NCBI GenBank assembly: GCA_050117845.1
Contig: JASFLY010000015.1
Span: 1-62,578, forward strand
Reading direction: 5' to 3'
Length of the DNA: 62,578 bases
Source of the DNA: Candidatus Zixiibacteriota bacterium
Lineage (GTDB): Bacteria > RBG-13-66-14 > B26-G2 > WVWN01
The notes under the pieces were generated by a model. That model was not told the origin of the DNA. It ran no database searches and saw only the letters and a list, made by a program, of their open reading frames with translations. The position numbers and the translations under genes are program-made. Position 1 is the stretch's first letter. Each line of letters opens with the position of its first letter. This document shows positions 57,999-62,578 of the stretch, in pieces.

Positions 57999-58561
57999 TG
58001 CTAATGGGGGACGACGTGCGTGACGTGGTGGAAGTGTTGTCCGCGGCCGATACCGGCCACGCCGTAACCCGCATCGCGAGCGAGATAATCGAGCAAAACG
58101 GCGGCGGCCGGGAACTCGCCGTGGTGGGAATTCACACCGGCGGCGTGCCCCTCGCGGAGCGCATCGTCGCCGCGCTCGAGCAGCTGGGCGAGCCCCCCGC
58201 CGCGACCGGCACCGTGGACATTACGCTTTACCGGGACGACCTGTCGCAAATAGGCCCGGCCCCGGTGGTCCGCTCCACCGACGTGGACTTCGACGTCGCC
58301 GGCATGACCGTCGTCCTCGTTGACGACGTAATACTCACCGGCCGGACGGTACGGGCGGCCATAGATAACCTGATGGACCTGGGGCGGCCCCGGCGCATCG
58401 AGCTGGCGGTCCTCGTCGACCGCGGCGGCCGGGAACTCCCCATCCAGCCCGACTTCGTAGGGAAACGCGTGAACATCCGGCCCGACCTGATAATAGAGGT
58501 CGTGTTCGACGCCGAAGGCGACCGCGTAATTGCGTACCCCAGTCAGGCCGGCCGAGATTAA
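57998..58561 (+). CDS. pyrR: Pyrimidine regulatory protein / UPRTase PyrR
   Basis: [33 protein letters not shown]. Confidence 0.93.
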   Translation: MLMGDDVRDVVEVLSAADTGHAVTRIASEIIEQNGGGRELAVVGIHTGGVPLAERIVAALEQLGEPPAATGTVDITLYRDDLSQIGPAPVVRSTDVDFDVAGMTVVLVDDVILTGRTVRAAIDNLMDLGRPRRIELAVLVDRGGRELPIQPDFVGKRVNIRPDLIIEVVFDAEGDRVIAYPSQAGRD

Positions 58562-58584
58562 GGCCGGCGTTTTTTAGGGGGAGC

Positions 58585-59511
58585 GTGGCACTTAAGTCCA
58601 AAGATTTCCTGGGTATCCAATCGCTCGACGAGGGCGAGATTCGCGTCATTCTCGATACGGCGGCGAACCTCGCGGCGCTGGCGGCGCGGCCGGTCAAGAA
58701 GGTCCCGGCCCTGCGCGGCAAGACCGTGGCCAATCTCTTTTACGAGCCGTCGACGCGCACGCGGATTTCGTTCGAACTCGCGGCCAAGCGCCTCTCCGCC
58801 GACTTCATTAACATCACCGCGGCGACCTCGTCCGCGGCCACCGGCGAGACGCTGACCGACACCGCGAAGACCGTCGAGGCCATGCAGGTCGACTTCCTGG
58901 TCGTCCGGCACTCTATGGCGGGCGCGGCCCACCAGCTAGCCGGGCACGTGCAGTGCTCGGTGATAAACGCCGGCGACGGCCGCCACGAGCATCCCACCCA
59001 GACGCTCGTCGACCTCTTCACCATCTGGGAGCACGAGCGCCGCTTCGACGGCCTGCGCGTCGCCATGCTGGGCGACCATCCCCGCAGTCCGGTCACGATA
59101 TCGAACATCTACGGCCTCAAGAAGATGGGGGCCGAGGTGACGCTGGTGGGCCCCGCGACGCTCATTCCGCCCGGCATCGACCAGTTGGGCGTGAAAGTGG
59201 CCACCCGCATCGAGGACGGCATCGCCGGCGCGGACGTTATCCTTCTGTCCCGCGTCGAGATTACGGACGCCAACCGCCTGCAGATACCGTCGCTCCGCGA
59301 GTATTCCCGCTTCTTCTGTTTGACGCCGAGCAGGCTGGCCCTCGCGGCGGAGGGCGTTCTGGTCCTCCATTCGGGCTCGATGAACCGGGGCGTGGAGATT
59401 TCGCCCGAGGTCGCGGATTCGGCCTTCCCCCTCATGGTCCAGCAGGTTACGAACGGCATCGCCGTCCGCATGGCGGTGCTCTATCTCCTGGCGGGCGCGG
59501 GGCGCGAATGA
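58585..59511 (+). CDS. pyrB: Aspartate carbamoyltransferase catalytic subunit (divergent active site)
   Basis: FYEPSTRTRISF, INAGDGRHEHPTQ, QVTNGIAVRMA; aspartate-side residues altered. Confidence 0.85.
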   Translation: MALKSKDFLGIQSLDEGEIRVILDTAANLAALAARPVKKVPALRGKTVANLFYEPSTRTRISFELAAKRLSADFINITAATSSAATGETLTDTAKTVEAMQVDFLVVRHSMAGAAHQLAGHVQCSVINAGDGRHEHPTQTLVDLFTIWEHERRFDGLRVAMLGDHPRSPVTISNIYGLKKMGAEVTLVGPATLIPPGIDQLGVKVATRIEDGIAGADVILLSRVEITDANRLQIPSLREYSRFFCLTPSRLALAAEGVLVLHSGSMNRGVEISPEVADSAFPLMVQQVTNGIAVRMAVLYLLAGAGRE

Positions 59512-60827
59512 ATCTTCTTATAAAAAACGGCCGCGTTATAGACCCCTCCCGCGACTTCGACCGGGAGTGCGACCTGCTTATCGAGGGCGGCTTCGTGGCC
59601 GCCTGCGACGAGGGCCTGGCCGCCCCGGACGGCTGCGACGTCTACGACGCCCGCGGCCGGTGGGTCATCCCCGGCGCCGTGGACCTTAGCGTGCACCTCT
59701 CCGAGCCCAAGCGGGCCGACCGGGAGACCGTCGCGAGCCTCTCCCGAGCCGCGGCCGCCGGCGGCGTCACGACCGCGACCTGCCGCCCGGGCCCCGACCT
59801 GCCGCTGGACAACATAACCCTCACCGAGTTCTTGCAAAGCAAGAACCGGCGCGAGGGGCTCGTCCGGCTCCGGCCGGCGGCGGCGCTGACGCGCGACCTG
59901 GCCGGCGAGACGCTGACCGACGTCGGCGACCTCGTGACCGGCGGCGCCGTCGCCATCGGCGACGACCGGCCGCTCATGAACTCCCAGGTCATGCGGCGGG
60001 GCCTGGAGTACGCCCGGGGCTTCGGCGTCCCGGTGGTCTCCTTCCCGCAGGACCAGTCGCTCGCGGCCGGCGGCGTCATGAACGAGGGGTTCGTGTCCAC
60101 CTCCCTCGGCCTCAAGGGAATCCCGTGGTCGGCGGAAGAGGTCATGGTCATTCGCGACGTCATACTGGCGCGCATGACGCGCTGGCGCGTGCACATCTCG
60201 CCCGTAACGGTGGCGGGCGCCGTGGAGCTGATACGGCGCGCCAAGGCCGACGGCATCCGGGTGAGTTGCGACACCGCGCCCCAGTACTTCCGGCTTACCG
60301 AACGCGCGGTCGAGGGGTACAACACCTTCGCCAAGGTCTCGCCGCCGCTCCGCAGCGAACGCGACGTCCAGGCGGTGCGGGAGGGACTGGCGGACGGGAC
60401 CATCGACGCCGTCGCCTCGCACCACGTCCCGCTGTCGGTCGTGGACAAGGACGTGGAGTTCAACGACGCCGCGTTCGGCATCTCGTCGCTGGAGACCTTC
60501 GTCCCGCTGAGCTACTCGGCGCTGGTCGTCGAGGAGGGCATGACGGCCGTGGATTTCGTGCGGCTTGTCTCGGCCGGGCCGGCCCGCGTCTTCGGCCTGC
60601 CCGCCGGCACGCTGGAGCCGGGCGCGCCCGCCGACGTCGTCGTCCTGGACGTGGAGCGCCGGGACGTCGTGAAGGCCGCAGCCTTCCATTCCCGCGGCAA
60701 GAACACGCCGTTCGAGGGAGGCGAGGCCGCGGGGTGGCCGGTCCTGACGGTGGTGGGGGGCCACGTCGTAATGCGGGACCGTAGGGTAACGACGCCGCCC
60801 AATCCGGCGCTCGCGGCCGACGGATAA
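59508..60827 (+). CDS. pyrC: Dihydroorotase-like protein, probably inactive (PyrC'-like)
   Basis: LLIKNGRVIDP, AAAAGGVTT, PPLRS, SRGKNTPF; metal ligands substituted; ATG overlaps the pyrB stop. Confidence 0.82.
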   Translation: MNLLIKNGRVIDPSRDFDRECDLLIEGGFVAACDEGLAAPDGCDVYDARGRWVIPGAVDLSVHLSEPKRADRETVASLSRAAAAGGVTTATCRPGPDLPLDNITLTEFLQSKNRREGLVRLRPAAALTRDLAGETLTDVGDLVTGGAVAIGDDRPLMNSQVMRRGLEYARGFGVPVVSFPQDQSLAAGGVMNEGFVSTSLGLKGIPWSAEEVMVIRDVILARMTRWRVHISPVTVAGAVELIRRAKADGIRVSCDTAPQYFRLTERAVEGYNTFAKVSPPLRSERDVQAVREGLADGTIDAVASHHVPLSVVDKDVEFNDAAFGISSLETFVPLSYSALVVEEGMTAVDFVRLVSAGPARVFGLPAGTLEPGAPADVVVLDVERRDVVKAAAFHSRGKNTPFEGGEAAGWPVLTVVGGHVVMRDRRVTTPPNPALAADG

Positions 60828-60863
60828 CGGGTAAAAGGTAAAAGGCTTCCATCCCCCAACAAT

Positions 60864-60892
60864 AAAAAGCCCCGGCTAATGCCGGGGCTTTC
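60864..60892. terminator. Bidirectional terminator
   Basis: AAAAAGCCCCGGC-TAAT-GCCGGGGCTTT. Confidence 0.8.
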
Positions 60893-60921
60893 GTTGTTTC
60901 GGTGTCGCTTGAACGGGATCG

Positions 60922-62578
60922 CTAGTCGGTTACGACCATCCTCTTCGCCGAAGAGAAGTTGGGAGTCTCGAGGCGATAGAGGTAAACGCCCGCCGGGATA
61001 CGCTGGCCGTCGTTGTCGGTCAGGTTCCAGGGGATGTTAACGACGCCCGCCGGCTGGTTGCCGTATTCCATGGTCTTGATTACGCGGCCGGTGATGTCGT
61101 AGACGTGGAGTTTTACGTCCGAAGTCGCGGTCGGGAGGCTGAAGCTGATGGTGGTGTTGGTCCGGGCCGGGTTGGGGTAGTTCTGGCTCAGGGCGTAAGC
61201 CCGCGGCGCCGACGCGCTGTTGACGCGAATCGGGCCCGCGAAGAACGGATCGGCGATGGTAACGGCTTCCAGCTTGTAGCTGAAGCTGCCTTCGCCGGCG
61301 TCGTCGAGGTAGGTGTAGGGGTTTTGGCCCGCGATGAGTTCTTCGTTGACCTTGACCCACGACGTGCTTTCCGCGACGTCGCGCGAGCCGCCGATGCGGG
61401 AAACCGCGGCGGTAGCGTCGTCAGCGATGGGGAGGCGATAGAGGTTGAAGCCGAGGAGTTCGCCGTCGTCGTAGGCGTTCCAGCTTATGCGGATGCCTTC
61501 GTCGACCCGACGCGCGGTGAAGCTTTGGATTTTAATGTCGTTGGTGCCTTCGACGGTGCAGGTGCCCCAGTAACCGAGGTACCCGTCCTTGGTCGCGGTT
61601 ACGTACATCGTGCCGCTGTTGCCGATGCGCGGGGTCGGTTTGAGTTCTACGACGCCGGAGCTATTCGTCGTGCCGGCGCAATAGATGTCGTCTTTCATGT
61701 ACAGGCCGACCAGCGCGCCTTCGACCGGAGCATCGCCCTCGTCCGTCACCGTGCAGGTGAAGGTGTTGGAGGGGATGGGATTGTAGGTCGACGGGTGGTT
61801 CGCGGCGAGAGTCATCGTCGGTTTCTTCATCCAGATTTTGGTAAAGGGGTCGCCGTTCCACGCGTACATATAAACGTTCTTCATGTACGTGTGATAGGGG
61901 CCGTAAATCTGGATTAGGCGGGTGTTGCCGTAGTTGGAGACGCGGCCGCAGTTCAGGATGCCCTGGTCGTAGACGGCCTTGTACATCTCTTTGAGGTAAT
62001 CGTGGTTCGGGATGGTGTACGAGGGGTCGGACGCGCTGTTCGACGCGATACCGGCCTTGCCCGTCGAGTTCAGGTTCGACTCGATGAAGTTCTCGCCGCC
62101 GTACGCGAAGTTGCCGTTGAGGCAGCAGATGTTAAGCCAGATCGGCGTTTTATCGCCATTCGCGAGGGCGTGCACGTTGGTGGTGTAGAAGTAGTCGCCG
62201 TAGTTGCTCCAACCGGTCCAGGCGGTCTCGCTGCCGTGGCCGCGGTAGGTGGCGATGTTCACGCCGGCGTTGATGGTGTCGGTAATATCCGAGTTGCGTT
62301 TACCCGTGGACCCGTATATCTTGATGAAGGTGGGCGTGAAGAGGGAGTAACTGTAGTTGGCGACTTCCTCGCAGCAACCTTCGTATTTGCCCGGCGCGTC
62401 CTGGTAGTGAGCGCAGAGCATCGTTTTGTCGAGCCAGTCGCCGGTGAGGTCCGGGTCCTTCTGGTACTTGATGGCCTTCTCGATGAAGTACGTGAGCTTG
62501 GCCGCGTCCTTGGTGCTGTAGCGGCCTACGTTAACGTCGGGATACGGGTCGGACTCGCCGCCCGTAAGGCAGGAGTAC
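60922..62578 (-). CDS. Peptidase C25 (gingipain-like) with C-terminal FlgD/T9SS-type sorting domain; 5' end outside the window
   Basis: Frame open to the window edge (PDVNVGR); YRGHG and NICCLNG catalytic His/Cys; LSQNYPNP...YDITGR...GVYLYRL tail. Confidence 0.85.
   Translation of the reverse strand, partial: YSCLTGGESDPYPDVNVGRYSTKDAAKLTYFIEKAIKYQKDPDLTGDWLDKTMLCAHYQDAPGKYEGCCEEVANYSYSLFTPTFIKIYGSTGKRNSDITDTINAGVNIATYRGHGSETAWTGWSNYGDYFYTTNVHALANGDKTPIWLNICCLNGNFAYGGENFIESNLNSTGKAGIASNSASDPSYTIPNHDYLKEMYKAVYDQGILNCGRVSNYGNTRLIQIYGPYHTYMKNVYMYAWNGDPFTKIWMKKPTMTLAANHPSTYNPIPSNTFTCTVTDEGDAPVEGALVGLYMKDDIYCAGTTNSSGVVELKPTPRIGNSGTMYVTATKDGYLGYWGTCTVEGTNDIKIQSFTARRVDEGIRISWNAYDDGELLGFNLYRLPIADDATAAVSRIGGSRDVAESTSWVKVNEELIAGQNPYTYLDDAGEGSFSYKLEAVTIADPFFAGPIRVNSASAPRAYALSQNYPNPARTNTTISFSLPTATSDVKLHVYDITGRVIKTMEYGNQPAGVVNIPWNLTDNDGQRIPAGVYLYRLETPNFSSAKRMVVTD

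Noticed and set aside
58953..59507. N-terminal 185-aa extension of the pyrC ORF
   Set aside because: Off-frame overlap with pyrB; the protein plausibly starts at ATG 59508.

Overview
GC-rich bacterial chromosomal segment from a diderm organism (LptD, GT9 heptosyltransferase, Omp85). Two PorV-like genes and a C25 gingipain-like protease with a sorting domain suggest an FCB-like or related candidate lineage (inference). Housekeeping genes include lepB, lptD, miaB, glyA, rpiB, dprA, topA, pyrR/B/C and tRNA-Gly(CCC). Main findings: (1) an operon at 28089-32320 encoding a Zn-ribbon membrane protein, a 538-aa membrane protein ending in SSCACACACAGCACACAGGGR, an RRE/PqqD-radical SAM-SPASM enzyme and a methyltransferase, a candidate RiPP-like system acting on a protein tail; (2) six intergenic mosaics of several REP-like palindromes, all in the same orientation; (3) five tandem Zn-ribbon/TM paralogues, one split at an A8 slippery tract; (4) a leader peptide plus attenuator before an ABC-2 exporter; (5) a pyrB-pyrC pair in which both proteins lack key active-site residues; (6) an unknown CBS-domain protein with two stand-alone cNMP-binding proteins. 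All calls rest on motif recognition by eye; no searches were run.
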